DNA of 64,000 nucleotides from a virus, in the IMG/VR virus record IMGVR_UViG_3300045988_176357, positions 96,001 to 160,000 of that record. One strand, written 5' to 3'. Below are positions 1 to 13,483 of this stretch, in pieces; position 1 is the stretch's first letter, and each line of letters begins with the position of its first letter. A program made the translations under genes and the position numbers. The notes under the pieces are model-generated. The model saw only the letters and a program-made list of their open reading frames with translations. It was not told the origin of the DNA and did not search any database.

Positions 1-2
1 GT

Positions 3-398
3 GCTTATGGTTTCTGGCGTGTCGGACAGAATGAAGAGGGTGTTGTGATCAGTCGCAGACAGCTCACATCCGCTGCAGCCGATGATGTCAATCTCGACGA
101 GCAGTCTATAGTCTGCAACATCGACAGCATCTGCATTTCGCTTAAGACCACCGGAAGAGATCTTGTTGGAAACTCGAATATCTCTCCGATGCTCCTGACA
201 TTGCTTAAATCTACGCTGCTTACGAAACTTGAAGGTTTCCAGCAGTATGTTACGGAGCTCATAGGTCCTCAGCTGCTCAGCGCATCTCTGGATTCGATCG
301 AACAGGACGAGATACATAAGGATAGAATCTATGCGGACATGTCTGGATAGCCTCCGAAGCCGTTCAACAGATTCCATATGAGATTCTATATGAATTGA
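3..398 (+). CDS. Hypothetical protein, 5' partial. Frame open from the window start, one in-frame TAG at 348, ends at TGA 396-398 (TAG-recoded).
   Basis: Manual frame trace: no TAA or TGA until 396; the track ORF 45..350 is a TAG-terminated fragment of it. Confidence 0.4.
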
Positions 399-409
399 GG
401 TGACAGAGA

Positions 410-925
410 ATGAAAAGCGTTTTCAATAACCCGTATACACAGGCTCCTTAGGTATGGTCTGCACAGGGTGCGGCTGTCACCTGGGGACAGACATAGGCTG
501 TCGCACAGGCGAATCAGGCTACAGCGAATAAAGTGTTTGCTGCTCTTGGCGGCATCACGATTAATTATCAGCGTCCTGTCAGCACGAGATATCCGATTGG
601 CGGATCTGCTCCGATTCAGCTTATCGGAGCCCCTTCCGGTGTAGTGCAGCTTAATACGCTCATCGGACCGTCTACGGAACTCAATGACTTCCTGGATGCT
701 CTGGCAAGTGCCTGTAAGCCGATAACGATTATCGTTACCAACTCTTCCAGTACATCGGGCTAGGATTGTGCTGTCAAGTCTAAGCCTCAGGAAATTGTAT
801 GTAACGGTGCGATTGGAAGTCAGGTGCAATACAATCTTATCATTGCTTAGGGTGGCATGGCTATTGCACAAGGTACATTTGTACTGCAGTTCACTGAGAT
901 GAAGTGGTCCAGTACGAACAGCTGA
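410..925 (+). CDS. Hypothetical late protein, TAG-recoded (4 in-frame TAG).
   Basis: GAGGTGA RBS then ATG 410. Frame runs to TGA 923-925 through several TAG codons; the track ORF 533..763 is an internal fragment. Confidence 0.5.
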
Positions 926-997
926 CACACAGTACATTGATGTTCAATGATGCGCATGTAAGTTACTACATGCGCATTTTTTATATAGGAGCCAACC

Positions 998-1879
998 TTG
1001 AGCGTTCTTAACAGCTTCACTCCATAGAACCAGCCTCTCACGTATGTGGGCAGCTAGGTTATAGCTGGTGTCATATAGGCCTGTCTGCCGAATACAGGTA
1101 CAGCAGTGGTTCGCACCCAGTCGGCAGGTGTCGACAGACAGTTCTCATGTAAGATGTGTGGTGGCGGAGGTATCTTTGGCGCGAGTGTAGCTGGTCTGCC
1201 TGCTGTCGGTTCATCTGTCATAGCCTGGATAAATAAAGCAACAGGTAAAGGCTACATTCTATCTGTGAATCCAGGCGGAGGGTAGCCTAAATCATACAAA
1301 CTATTCTCTTTGCTGCATACCTACAGATGGAACACACCTGTAGGCGACCTGACTTTTTCCACATAGCTGTAGACACTGATAAGCAAGTATGCAAACAGTG
1401 GCGTGAATTCGACTCCCTGCGGTGCCACGTAGGACACATATCCCGGCGACCTTGTAATCGGTGATAAGTATGGACCGTCTGCGTTCTTCGGGAGAGCTCA
1501 GATAACAATAAAGGGTTCCGGACTTGCCTATACAGAGTTCTCCGGACTGGACAACAGTATAACAGTTGTAGCTTAGCACGCTTAGTTCGACTCTTTCAGT
1601 CAGCTGATATAGCACAGTACAGATATAAGCAGATAGCTAACAGCATCTGGTGCCAAATAGGGTCTTGGTGTCCTGCAGACTAATAGCAGTAAACCTGTTG
1701 AGAATAATCCAGGAGACGGAAACACACCGTCAGTTGACTACAGTGCGTAGTCAGGTGATCCTATTTACAGAACGCAGGAATTTAAGGGCGGACTTGTATC
1801 CGGCCAGTTCAGTTCGGTACTGTCTCCTCTGCAGGATTAGTAGTATCAGGACATGGATATACCTGTGCTTGCTACTAAT
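998..1879 (+). CDS. Hypothetical Gly-rich structural protein, TAG-recoded. The TTG start is tentative.
   Basis: Frame 2 is open from 962 to TAA 1877-1879 with many in-frame TAGs. AGGAG sits 6 nt before TTG 998. Confidence 0.35.
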
Positions 1880-1930
1880 CATGTATCATACGATGGGTAG
1901 ACAGAAACAGTATCGGCAAAAAGCATCAGA

Positions 1931-3502
1931 ATGATAAAGACACCTGATATCTACGCTCCTCAGCAGATATCAGACTAGACAGCGGCTTAGTTATCCTAGA
2001 AGTAGATTCCTAAGTTTCAGACTCCTCAATATACCTCGACAGATAAAGCGCTGCAGATGGATGCGCTGCTGCAGCAATCAGGAACACAGTACATACTTAG
2101 GAACCAACTTACGGATTAGCAGATTCTCAGTTTGTATTCCAACAATGTACAGTGTCTTGCGTAGCCTCTGACAGCCAGGATAACGGATTGGACAGATTCT
2201 GGACAGGCGTCACAGCAATAGTTAGCTCCATGTCAGTACGCATAGATAACGGATACGTATACAGGACAGCAGAAGCGAGTGTATAAATGCGCGTCATTTA
2301 TCACTCAATAGTAGGATGGGTCTATCCTTATCAAGGATGGTTGGGGAAGTTAGATACGAATGACCGGAGGCAACATCTACATATCCAGTGCGCTCGATAC
2401 CTTTATTCGTCCGGGTCGTGACTGCATAGGTTTGATACCAAGACGTATGTAGCTGGATGCCAATGGAGCAGCTGTTATCGCCTCCAAGAAGTCAGTAAAG
2501 GTAGCTGCCTAGGGCAGTCTGTATCTGTCTTCTGCTGTAGGAGGACAAGATGGTTACACGGTGCTGTAGAACAGATCTAAAACATCGTCTGCCGGTATGG
2601 TGATACGCAGTAACGGCAACTTATCTCTCACTTCATCCAGAGATATGTACATAGGACTAAACGATAAGACAACTACGAACGCAGGAGATAAAGCTACCAG
2701 AGGCTCCGGTTCGATCTGCATCGATGGAAGTGTGCTCATGCTCAATGCGGACAGCTATATGAAAGCCACATCCGGATCCATAGGCTTGTATGGATATTCA
2801 GGTGGTACAGGAGCTGGCGTCGTCATAACGCCTAACGCAACAAGTGTGCTGTCACAGGCTTTCTATGTTAATGTAGGATCTACATTTGTTGGAGCACTCG
2901 GAGGAAGGAGCACTGTAACTGTCGGCAATACTGATCAAACTTTTACAGTCAGTGGAGGTTCAGGTTCAGGTATCATGCATGTCAGAGGCTCTATACAATG
3001 CAAAGATATCACAGCTGACGGCACTATGTCTGTAAATGGATCTTTCGGAGCCGCCAGCTATATGGTACTGGGAACAGAACAGGTAGATATAATACCTAAA
3101 GTAACAATAGATTCATTGCGAGCCTTCAAGCAGTCCATTGCTCGTATATTCCAATATAAAATAGATACTCCATCTATATCGTATCCAGAACAGACACAGC
3201 AATGGTACAACGACAACTATATCTGCAGCAAATAGCTGAGCTTCACCTAGTCAGGTGTGTTGAGCTTTGGTGAATACAAAATGCCAAAGATGTGCTGGCA
3301 GACAAATACCTAGTCCGGTCAGATCTTTTAGCCTGTAATAACAATGGAAACAGGTCAGGATCAGCCGACATCCAAGTCATATCCTGGTAAGTCTGCATGG
3401 TAGGCTGGTACAATTTCAACTCTAGATTAGAATTACTCAGTCAAATACGAACTGCCGCTACAGGGCAACTATACAGTGAATACAGATAAGGAGGACCAAT
3501 AA
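1931..3502 (+). CDS. Tail-fibre-like Gly/Ser/Thr-rich protein, TAG-recoded (about 25 in-frame TAG in 524 codons).
   Basis: Direct codon-by-codon translation shows no TAA or TGA from 1880 to TAA 3500-3502. The track ORF 2597..3235 is a fragment; the GSGSG/TVTVGNT-type composition is typical of fibres. Confidence 0.55.
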
Positions 3503-4080
3503 TGTCATAGACGAACACTTAGAAAGAACTGCTTACATGTCCGTGCTGTGGAAAACCGACATTCCAGGCTCCGGCTAAAGTCGATGACTAGACTAAACAC
3601 AGGTATCTTGCATGCATTATATCAGGCATGCCTTACAAGCAGACTTACAATCTTTTCGATCGGACAGTAAAAATAACTGTTACATAGTTATCCCCTCAGG
3701 TGACTGATAAGATGGTTCGTCTCGGTGCGCTTACTTCCTTGTAGCAGGATAAAGACAGGAAATCCGTCTTATCTGATCTGTTATCAAGACTGTATAGACT
3801 GCTGCCTGTATAGAACATCAGCATCGTTACAGACACCAGTGTATCTGATTACCACGTGAGCTCCGTATGTCTGTAGATTCTGGAGAAAGCTCTGCAACCT
3901 GACTGTACAACACAGCAACTGTCTGAAATGTACGCACGGCTTGTCGATCCTTCCGTTGTTACATCATTGTCAGCAGGTATTCTCGACAAGGTTCTGGTTA
4001 CACATTCAAGAACCATGGAGCTTCTGATTTCCAGTGGATTTGATGATTCTTTTTATCAGGGTATTCCGCACGCCTGTTAA
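3502..4080 (+). CDS. Hypothetical late protein, TAG-recoded (9 in-frame TAG).
   Basis: AAGGAGG RBS. ATG 3502 overlaps the upstream TAA as TAATG. Frame is open to TAA 4078-4080. Confidence 0.5.
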
Positions 4081-4184
4081 TGCTATCTCAGCAACGGGAT
4101 ACCTACGGAGCAATAAAAAGATACGCATAGCGCCCAACGGATCGCAATTTCCTGGCTGTTAAACTGCTGGCATCCTCCACGTAG

Positions 4185-4373
4185 ATGCTGTTAAGGGCTG
4201 CTGGTATTCAAATAGCCGCATAGCTTAATATCTAGCTCAATAAGGGTGTGCCTGCTGCAATAAATGACATACTTGGAAGGGCGAGTAAAGAGCTAGAGAC
4301 AGACCTTACGGTAGACGCAAAAAGTATTTATGAGAACACATTACGCGCTGCCGGATTCAAATTACCATAGTAA
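4185..4373 (+). CDS. Small hypothetical protein, possibly a tail-assembly chaperone by position. TAG-recoded.
   Basis: Frame 0 is open from 4083 to TAA 4371; ATG at 4185; 3 in-frame TAG. Confidence 0.25.
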
Positions 4374-4392
4374 TAACAGTTGAAAGACGTGC

Positions 4393-6891
4393 ATGAGTCA
4401 ATAGTCAAATATACTTAATCAAATTCTACAGGTGCTGTCATCTTTTGTTCAGCGTCCGCAGACTCAACTTGGAGATGACTATTGGCGCAGTGTATCCGGT
4501 ATGCAGACAGGCCCATACTCAATGCATAGCCTGTTACAGTCCACAGTTACATCCGCACTTGGTCCGCTGTTTGGCGGAATTGTAAACAAGCTGATCATAG
4601 GCGACTAGTTTAACAGAGCCGGAAATTTCTCCAGTCCCCTGGCCGGTATGCTGCTTCCAACAAATGGAGGTACATACAGCGGCGCTTTTGCCAGTATGGT
4701 TCAAGATTCGATGCGGACTGCTGCATACTGGAGTAGACAGCAGAACTAGAATGCTTTGAAGCGTGATTTCTACAGATCGTATTTTAATACCTTGTATCCT
4801 AACTAGTCAAATGCGCAGATATAGCAGCGTATATATGGTGTATAGAGAAATCCAATACAGGCTGCAGGGCTTATACAGGCATTTGCCGATCCGTACGAAG
4901 TAACAAGGACAATGCAGGGCATGTAGCTGGCTCAGGCAGGTGTCCTTCAATGGAGTACAAGGCGAAACCCGTTAGATACAAGTGCTGTTACTCGTGCCAA
5001 TCAGTTAGCTGCAGGTATCAGTCAGCTTTCGCAGCAGGCACAGCGCAGAGCAGTACTCGGACAAGGGGAATCTTTTGGGGGGTTCTCAGGAGGAGCTGTT
5101 GCCTAGCTCGCAGGCATAATAGCCAATGCCAGTGATCAGTTCGGTAATGTCAGCGGACAGTAGCTGGCATCAAGCATATAGCGATTCAAGACCAAAGTAA
5201 GAGACACTACAAGAGCTCTGCAGCCGTTAAGAGATATCTTTGGTCAGGACATTCGCTCTATGGTAAATGCCATACAGGGATTTACAGGTCAGAATATATC
5301 TCAACTGAGTGTGTCTGCTGTACAGAACATTTCGACAAGAATCGCCGATATACAGAGGTATGCTCCAGGTGTGTCAATGGGTCAGCTGGCTGATATGGGC
5401 GGTGCAATGCGCCGTATGCTGGCTAACAACGGAATTAGAGGATATGCCGGATTGGGAGCTGGCGTGCTTGGCGTTGAAGTTGCAGGTATGCTTATTCCGG
5501 GCAATACGTCCTATGGTATGACTCCTTAGTAGTTCCAGCAGGGAACGCTTAATGCCTACGCCAGTGCGCAAGGCAGCCGTGGCGTTGACTTCATGTCGAT
5601 GGCTTACAGTCTGTGGAGACAGAGGAACAGAACAGGAACAATCCAACAGTTCAGAGACAGAATCAGCTAGGCACAGGCTAACGGACAGGATGCACTTACA
5701 GCTGCCCGTAACCTTGCTGGCGTAAGCTCCAATGGCTAGCTGCTGAGAGGTCTGTAGTACTCTGATTACAGAGAGGCTCAGATGTCCGGCGCATTTGCTT
5801 CATCCGGTATCAGATAGCAATGGAGACAGCAGCGAGACATCAAAGAACTGCAGTTAATGCAGACAGGCCGCTGGACAAGAGCACAAATCAGCGCTGCCAT
5901 GCGTTAGTTCAGCAACCCTTAGGTCATGGCATAGCTCAGTCGTTCAGGTAATGTTGACCAGGTTCGTGGACTGAACTAGACATCCAGACGCATCATTAAC
6001 TGGGCTGTAAGTACTGACACGAATTTCCTGGCAGGTGCACGCAGAGTATCTCAGATACAGTAGCAGTAGCAGTTCGGACGTACCATGTCCACTATACGCA
6101 ATACATTCAAAGACATGGATGCCACAGGAGGAACAGGTTGGAATACATTTTTCAACAGGTTCATGACAAATAACTGGGGAGATCAGTCCGCTGTCTATAA
6201 GATGTTTGCTCAACAGGTATATGGGTAGACAGATGAGGCAAGAATAACTGAACGCAATACACAGCTGCGAAGTGCTTTAGGTTCGTCAGGGATGCAGTAG
6301 GCACTCCGATACGGGTTTCTTGGAGCCGGAAGGTCAGATAGCGACTATAGACAGCATCTAAAAACGCTCACACAAGCCGATAAGAGTACTCAATAGTACA
6401 AATAGGCGCAGAGATATGTTCTGTCCGCAATCGCAGTAGGCTAGGATAAAAAGCTTAAAGATCTGGCTGCAAGTAAATAGGGGCAGGATGCATACAACGC
6501 TTTTGCAGCAGCCCTGATGCAGGCTGACAACTAGACCGATCAGACAAAGCGTGCTGATGCTGTTCTCACTGCCAGAAGCAACTACAGGTACAGACTGAAT
6601 GCTCTCAGCCGCAGAAACGCACTTAAATAGAGCACTGATTAGTAGTTCACACTGCAGACCAGAAGAGATATGTAGACTCTGCTTAAGGCTTAGTCTGAAG
6701 GCACTGTTGTCAACTAGCAGTATTTCAATACCAACAAAGGCAGATTCAAGTCAATATAGTCTTTCAGCTAGTACAGCAGACTCAGAGCAAAGCTGGGCGG
6801 ATCAGATACAAACAGTGATCTGGCAGGCAAGTTGAACAGTGTTCTGTAGCGTATAGCCAACTTCCTCAAACAGATAGCTTAGAAGAAATGA
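4393..6891 (+). CDS. Tape-measure-like large tail protein, TAG-recoded (about 45 in-frame TAG in 833 codons). Start codon uncertain; ATG 4393 or 4501.
   Basis: Directly translated frame 1 has no TAA or TGA from 4384 to TGA 6889-6891. The track ORF 5260..5529 is an internal fragment. Size, Ala/Gly/Gln-rich composition and position after fibre and chaperone genes support the call. Confidence 0.5.
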
Positions 6892-6904
6892 ACAAGGCTG
6901 CTCT

Positions 6905-7387
6905 ATGTCAACTACGGTTTTCCCTATAACAAGTTATATACAATAGACAAAGCTGAAAGGTTACACATACGTTACGCTGAGCCTTGGATCTAAATAGCTG
7001 TATATAGCTCAGGCTCCGATAATGGGCATATAGATATCCTAGCAGATAGACTACAATCTAATAAAGTCTCTTTCAGGCAACTTTGGTATGCTTACCTTTG
7101 AGGACCATCCTGTCAGTATAACTATCTCCGGTTTGCGTATGGCCTTGTAGCCTACGTGCAGCTTGTCTTCTGCTAACCGCAATGCGACCACTATATAGAG
7201 CTTGTCTAAACTTTACATGGACTATAGAGGTTCTATAAAAAATGCTTCCCAGCAATCGCTGCTCACTATAACTGTAGGTACAGATACATATAAGGGAGTC
7301 ATTGTCAGTTTACAGCAGAGTTCAGCCAGCTAGAGTATGCCCGGAGTTATGCAATACCAGCTGACCATGTACGGAGCCAGAATATGA
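6905..7387 (+). CDS. Hypothetical tail protein, TAG-recoded.
   Basis: ATG 6905; frame 2 is open to TGA 7385-7387; 8 in-frame TAG. Its stop overlaps the next gene's ATG. Confidence 0.4.
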
Positions 7388-9072
7388 TGACGTTATACAC
7401 ATCCGGCTCATTTGTACTTTGTGTCAAGGTGTCCGGAGCTGTAAAGTATTACGCTGTAAAGAACTTCTATCTTCGCAAGGCTAAAGGCGCAATAACTCAG
7501 TGCCGGGTGAGCCTTATGGATGTTACCTGGCAGGTGGAAGTCAGAAATCTGTCTACATATCCGAAACTGTCGGCATTGGCATAGCTGTATAACAGTGCAT
7601 GTCAGCCTGAAACTAAACCCATGTAGTGCCAGCTGCTGTAGTACAACTCCAGATAGAACAGTGGACAGCCTGTACAATGGTTTACAGGACGTGTGTGCGT
7701 CGTAACTCCGGTTCTGGCATAGCGCCCTGGAATTACATCTTAGTATACATGTTTCTGCATGGGAAAGGCGTGCTAGCTGATGTTCTCCTATGTCAGCGAC
7801 TATAAGTATGTGGATGCTAAGTCTGCAAACAATGTGCCATAGCTGTAGAAAAACGGCCTTATAGGAGCCAACGCACAGGCAACCAATATATTCAGCACTG
7901 AAAAACTCGATACAGCGTTGCTGATTTCCAACAGCGGCCAGAGCATATAGGCCGACACCGTAGATCAGCTTTTTACCAAAGCATTCAATTACTTGCAGTA
8001 GATGCGGGCAAAACTGGCTCTTTTCGCATAGACGCCTACTATAGACTTATCCAAATACATAACCTCTCAGTACAAGATAAGTTCTGTAATCAAGTAGGCT
8101 ATCAAGGCGCCTGTAGACTTAGGACATAGTAATCCATATCTTATAGCCTTTGATCAGATGTTCGCATCAGGTATCGATAACAGGCAGCTCATCGATGCTA
8201 TAATGACTACTCTGGCCGGTTAGCGGTTCCTGACAACTGCGCCTGCTTAGCGAACACTTCCCGACGCTTAGGACAAATTGTTTATCATCCCTAATTATGT
8301 ATTGCCTGTTTAGACTCAAGATGCCATCATAACACCGGAAGACATCAATCTTGTACAGGTTACCGCCAATCCGTTGTCCCATTTAAGTATACCTGATAAA
8401 TTGTTTGTCAACCTGACGATGCTGTCGGCTTTCGATATGGGAACAAGATTGATACAGAATATACCTGGATTATATGGTGAGTACGAAGCGGTTACACCAG
8501 CCTCCAAGATAAAGCAGGCAGGTGCTCCGTGGTGGTTACTTACCATAGCTGTATAGAAGTCCAGATTCAAAACATATAAAGCCGATATGAAGAACATTCC
8601 TGTTGGTCAGTCGGTTGTCACATAGATATAGTAGAACGCAAGCTGGGCAGACGGAGCTAAACAGATGTTTGATACATATGCAAAGACACTGTATTTCAGT
8701 ATGTATGCTGCCTAGAAGCAAGCTACTGTGAGTCTGCTGCCGACTGATAAAGCTAAGGATATGGACAGGTATATAGGTAAGTCCATAGCTTTACAGCTTC
8801 CTTTAGATCAACAGAATCTGAATGACAGGAAATACAGTAAATTCTTCGGTGTTCTTGATTCAGTTACATATTAGTACGGATGCTCTACATCACCTCAGCA
8901 GTCGTCATATCTGACAATAACGGCAAATGTGACGGCGCTGACTCCATAGAGCTCTGCCTTCGCCAAGGCTATATTTCAGGATTAGCGGACACCTCTGCTC
9001 TATTAGAAAAGCCTGGCTACATCTGATATGTACGATTACAATAACAGCTCTGATTACAGTGGTTTAGCGTGA
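7384..9072 (+). CDS. Hypothetical large structural protein, TAG-recoded (563 codons).
   Basis: ATGATG at 7384. Directly translated frame 1 is open to TGA 9070-9072. The track ORF 7384..7584 is its N-terminal fragment. Confidence 0.5.
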
Positions 9073-9080
9073 GGTTTAAG

Positions 9081-9854
9081 ATGCCGGGTATATTTGAACA
9101 AATTAAAGGTCTGAATACTTCTTCTCAGAATATTGCGCCTAAACCTGTAAAGCAGCCGCAAGAAGATATCGTACAGACCATAGCCGATTGGCAGAAGAAG
9201 AGCACGCCTGAAACCACCAAACAGATATTGGACTTCATCAGGCCGACTATCGACAGTGCGCTTCATACCTATACACCTGGACAATAGAACACATTCAGAA
9301 TAAAAGCTACATCCTATGCCTTGCAGAGTCTGCGTAACTACGATGTGACAAAGAAAGTGTCTCCAAAGACCTTCGTGTTTTCAAACCTTCAAAGACTCAA
9401 CAGACTCAGAAGGTAGCGTTAGAATATCATTCATATCCCTTAGAATCAGGTCTATATGAAACAGATGCTGGACAATAAAACAGCTTAGCTGTAGAGTGAC
9501 CTGGGAAGACCGCCTACTGATTAGTAGCTGAGCTAGGCTCTGTATATCTCCAAGCGCAAACTGGATAAGCTGCGTTAGCAGTCCTCTGTTACCATAAGTT
9601 AGACAATGTCTCAAGATCCGTAGGGACACTAGATGCTTGGAGCGTCTGATGTCACGGACAGGGATTACTATAATTATGTCTACTCATCTGTATCTCCTGT
9701 AGATAAAAAGATAATGTAGTGGACATCCGGGTACAAAACAAAGCCGCTGTCCAATAATCAGATAGCTGAGAAACTGCATATATCACCTGGGGCTGTATCA
9801 CAGAGAAAGAACAGGATACAGCAGCTCATGGGTTAGGTCAGAGGTCTCGTATGA
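9081..9854 (+). CDS. Sigma-70-family sigma-factor-like protein (region 2 and region 4.2 HTH), TAG-recoded (about 17 in-frame TAG).
   Basis: GAGG RBS then ATG 9081. Frame 0 is open to TGA 9852-9854. The C-terminal LSNNQIAEKLHISPGAVSQRKNRIQQL matches the sigma region 4.2 pattern. The N-terminal IADWQKK..ILDFIRPTIDSALHTY resembles region 2. Confidence 0.45.
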
Positions 9855-10255
9855 GAAAACTTATACAGGAAGGCGGAGAAAAGCCAACCGGCTGCTCATT
9901 GCAGCAGCACGATAAGTTTATCAGGTATGCGATGAACCTCCGTTTAGAATCTCTATAGGATATAGTGGACGGCAGTCAGCAATACCGGGCAACTTAGGCA
10001 CAGAAACCTGCATAGGCATAGCTGTACCTGACAAACCTGGATTAGATTCTGCAGCCTCAGTTCTTGTCCCATCTGCAGAGTAATAAGGATCAGTCTGCAC
10101 AGGTATCTACATTTTAGCAGTACGGCTAGATATTCCGTATAAGCAGAGACTTACTGACTTGCACTTAGAAAAGAAAATCGAGACTGCTTGCCGGTGTCCA
10201 GGAAACGCTTGGAAAAGCATGGGCTAACAGTACAGCTGGAGATGTGTACTTATGA
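9851..10255 (+). CDS. Hypothetical protein, TAG-recoded.
   Basis: ATG 9851 overlaps the upstream stop as ATGA. Frame 2 is open to TGA 10253-10255. Confidence 0.35.
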
Positions 10256-10260
10256 AGGAT

Positions 10261-10614
10261 ATGCAGTTCACGTAGCCTAAAACAATGCTTATATAGCCAC
10301 ATGTGCTTGGAGTAACTTCTGTACAGGGGCTTATTCTGTATCAGAAAATACTTGTGCTTATGCTCAGCTCGTCTTCCTCCAGCTACAGAGAAAATGCCGG
10401 AACACAATTGATAGACTTGTTATCTGGCTCGAATACGCCATCTGACTAGCTTCTTACATCTCTCGGTTCCAACGCATGTGCACAGGCGAGATCTCTGCTG
10501 GACTCATAGGATATTGACAAAATGGACTCACTTACAGCATCTGCAAGTAATGGAGTCTTAAGTATAACCCTGCGGCTCAAAGACGGCTAGACATATACTG
10601 GAGAACTGTCGTGA
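10261..10614 (+). CDS. Hypothetical protein, TAG-recoded.
   Basis: AAGGA then ATG 10261; frame is open to TGA 10612-10614 with in-frame TAGs. Confidence 0.35.
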
Positions 10615-10673
10615 ATTTAACAGAACCAACAAATACTCAATTTCAGCAGGCCTAGTAGACACTGACCAATTTG

Positions 10674-12158
10674 ATGCAGGACTACTCTCAGCAGCTTGAT
10701 GTAAAGAAAGCATCTACCATACGGTAGCTGTTGATAAGACCCTATGCATATGTATTCGCAAAGATAAATCAACTGATGTAGACATGGTTAAGAACTACGT
10801 CTGTAGGTTACCTGTCCTAGTCACAGCTTACACAGAACCAGACTGCGGATATAGTTGCAAGTAATTACTTTGTCACAAGAAAGCAGGGCACATACGCAAA
10901 AGGTGTTGTGACTCTTACCTGTACTGCCTCTTCTGTTCGAGTGACTAAAGGCGCGCAGTTTACTATAGACGGACATATCTTTGTTACTTAGAAGACAACT
11001 ATAGCCTCTGTGAATCCTCTATAGGATACTGAAGACATCAATTACACAAAAATGTACAGCATTAATGGCCAGTACAAGACCAATGTTCCTGTTGTTTCTG
11101 TTGTATCCGGCTACATGGAGATACCGGAAGGGGCTCTGGTCACAGTATCATCGTACATAGCCAATGTCAACCAGGCGTAGCTTACATCTCCGATAACAGG
11201 TGGAGCTTAGAGCTAGACAGACGCATCTATGATGAGCAGATGTAAGGACAGGTGCGGATCTGCTATAGGAACATTAGGAGCTCTACGGATAAAGATGTAG
11301 GAAGCTCCTGTACAGGTTATGAGCTGCAACGCAATAAGCAGCAAAGATCCTGGATGCTTCAGAGCCAGAAACAACAACCTCGATGTGCCTTATGGCGGCA
11401 TAGTTGATGTCTATGTGAAAACGGCAAATCAGACATCATTCGGTAAGCTTCTGTTCTAGTCTATGAAACATGACAGTGATGGCTACTATATATAGGTGTC
11501 CGCAGAAGATGACAGATAGATTGCCGGTTTCACACGCGTAACAAAGGTAATTTCTGCCCGGCAAGGCACATAGATCGGCACATACACTGTATAGTATGGT
11601 TCATCCAACACACTTGTATCTGCGTAGGCAGCAAGACTTACTGTATATCAGACAGCTAAGATACGCTTCCGCCAGTCCCTCGCAGCTTCGGTTCCGGTAT
11701 AGGTGACTGTGTAGTATGTAAACGGCATTACAGACCTGCAGTAGTATATGGACAGTTCTTCAGGCGCCTTCCTTGGACAGGATTGCCTTGTGAAAGCTGC
11801 TGTACCTGCAACAGTACATATATCCGGCTACATACACAGCACACAGCCGATAACATAGGATACCTTATAGTCACTTAAGGTTTTCATATCTCAATATGTG
11901 AACAGCAAACAAGTCGGTGACTATATATTGAATATGGCTTAGGTTGGCTAGGCTCTGCACCAGCAGTATCCTGACATCAATTTAAGACTTCCATATGGTA
12001 TTCAGACAAGCTTGCCGATGACTAATGGTGGCAACTATAACTTTACCACTTCTGACGGCTAGATCGACCTGACATACAGACAAGGTTTGTATATGTGGGA
12101 TCCTCAAGCATATTACTTCTCAACAGTGCCAGCATATATCACACTTGAGGTACTGTAA
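10674..12158 (+). CDS. Baseplate-like structural protein, TAG-recoded (495 codons).
   Basis: Direct translation: frame 0 is open from TAA 10548 to TAA 12156-12158; first ATG at 10674; about 30 in-frame TAG. Confidence 0.45.
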
Positions 12159-13483
12159 TGTAGAAATGGGCTAAACTTGTTCGCAGAATATGCGGATATT
12201 TCTGGACTACGGTATGGAAAGATACATGGCTGATCTAGCTGCTTGGCAAGTTCTTTCAGCACGTGTCTGGATAGGTGCTGTAGGATAGGCTGCTGCAAAT
12301 AGACAATCAGTTGCATGTTGCATATACGGTGCAGCCTGATAAGTGGCACCCTGTGCGTATACTGGTTGATGCTTAGACATAGAGCAGCGCTGTAATACCT
12401 ATAACACAGTTCGTAATTGGATCATCTTCCATAGGGCAAACTGTGTAGGGCACTAAGTACAGTACTTTGTAGCAGCTTGGTATCCCGATAAAGATACAGA
12501 ATAAGGTGGACACACCTGATATCCTGCTCAATATCGATACCGACTATACTGTGCAGGACGGATGTATTAAGTTCAACCAGCCGTTGGATCAGATCGGATT
12601 CCGATCTACTGTAGTCACTGTAGCCGGTTAGATAAAAGTCTGTTACTAGCTGTGGGGCATCTACTAGAAGTATCAGACACTGAGGGATGCTTTTACCGGT
12701 ATCCTGTAGGTTCCGAATTATTGGTTGTATAAGTATCCGGGAGCTGTGGAGGCGGCCTGGAGCATAAAGCTTAACGGCAGCAACAAGCGAGATGTTCTGC
12801 GGTTACTTGGAGCTGTCGGACAATGTCCTGTAGCTTGGCAGTAGGGCACTGTATCAGATGTACAAGGCAGCACAGTCATTATAGGTGACCACACATATAC
12901 CGGTGAAGGTTCTCCGATAGTTACTAAAGGTCAGTATGTGCTGAAGGGTTAGCCTTTATTTGTCGCAGCTGAAAACGCACTTGACTATCCGAGAGTGATA
13001 ACATGGAAAGATACCATTCCATCTGATATCGCGAGCATACCTGTTGTTACAGATGCCGGAGTGCTTACAGCTTCAAACAGAGACGGACTGAGTCCTGTAA
13101 ACAATGTACTGCCGCTAACAGGTTAGAACTACATACAGTATCAAAGACTGTGTGCATAGTTAAATGCTGATCTGAATATACCGTATATACAGCTTCCAGC
13201 CAATATGAATCCAGCGCAATTCCTTCTGTCCACAGTATGGAAGCATTCTGGCTTTATCGTTGTAGCTCCGTCTTCCAACTACAAAGACATGTGTATAGCT
13301 GCTCGTGTGATTGTTTAGAACACAGCGCTAGGTGCTATACCTATAATATACAGATATGCTGCACAGACATACGTTACGATATAGCCTGACTTACAGGTGA
13401 CGTCTAAAGCGATAGCTTATTACAGTGAATCCGTGAATAACGGCTTGCAGTATAAGGAGAGGTACAATGACTTTGACAAATAA
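12158..13483 (+). CDS. Hypothetical structural protein, TAG-recoded (442 codons). A TAG codon immediately follows the ATG.
   Basis: ATG 12158 overlaps the upstream TAA as TAATG. Directly translated frame 2 is open to TAA 13481-13483. Confidence 0.45.

Noticed and set aside
5930-5990. tRNA-like motif tagctcagtcgttcagg...ggttcgtgg
   Set aside because: Lies inside the continuous tape-measure-like reading frame and lacks proper acceptor and anticodon stems.
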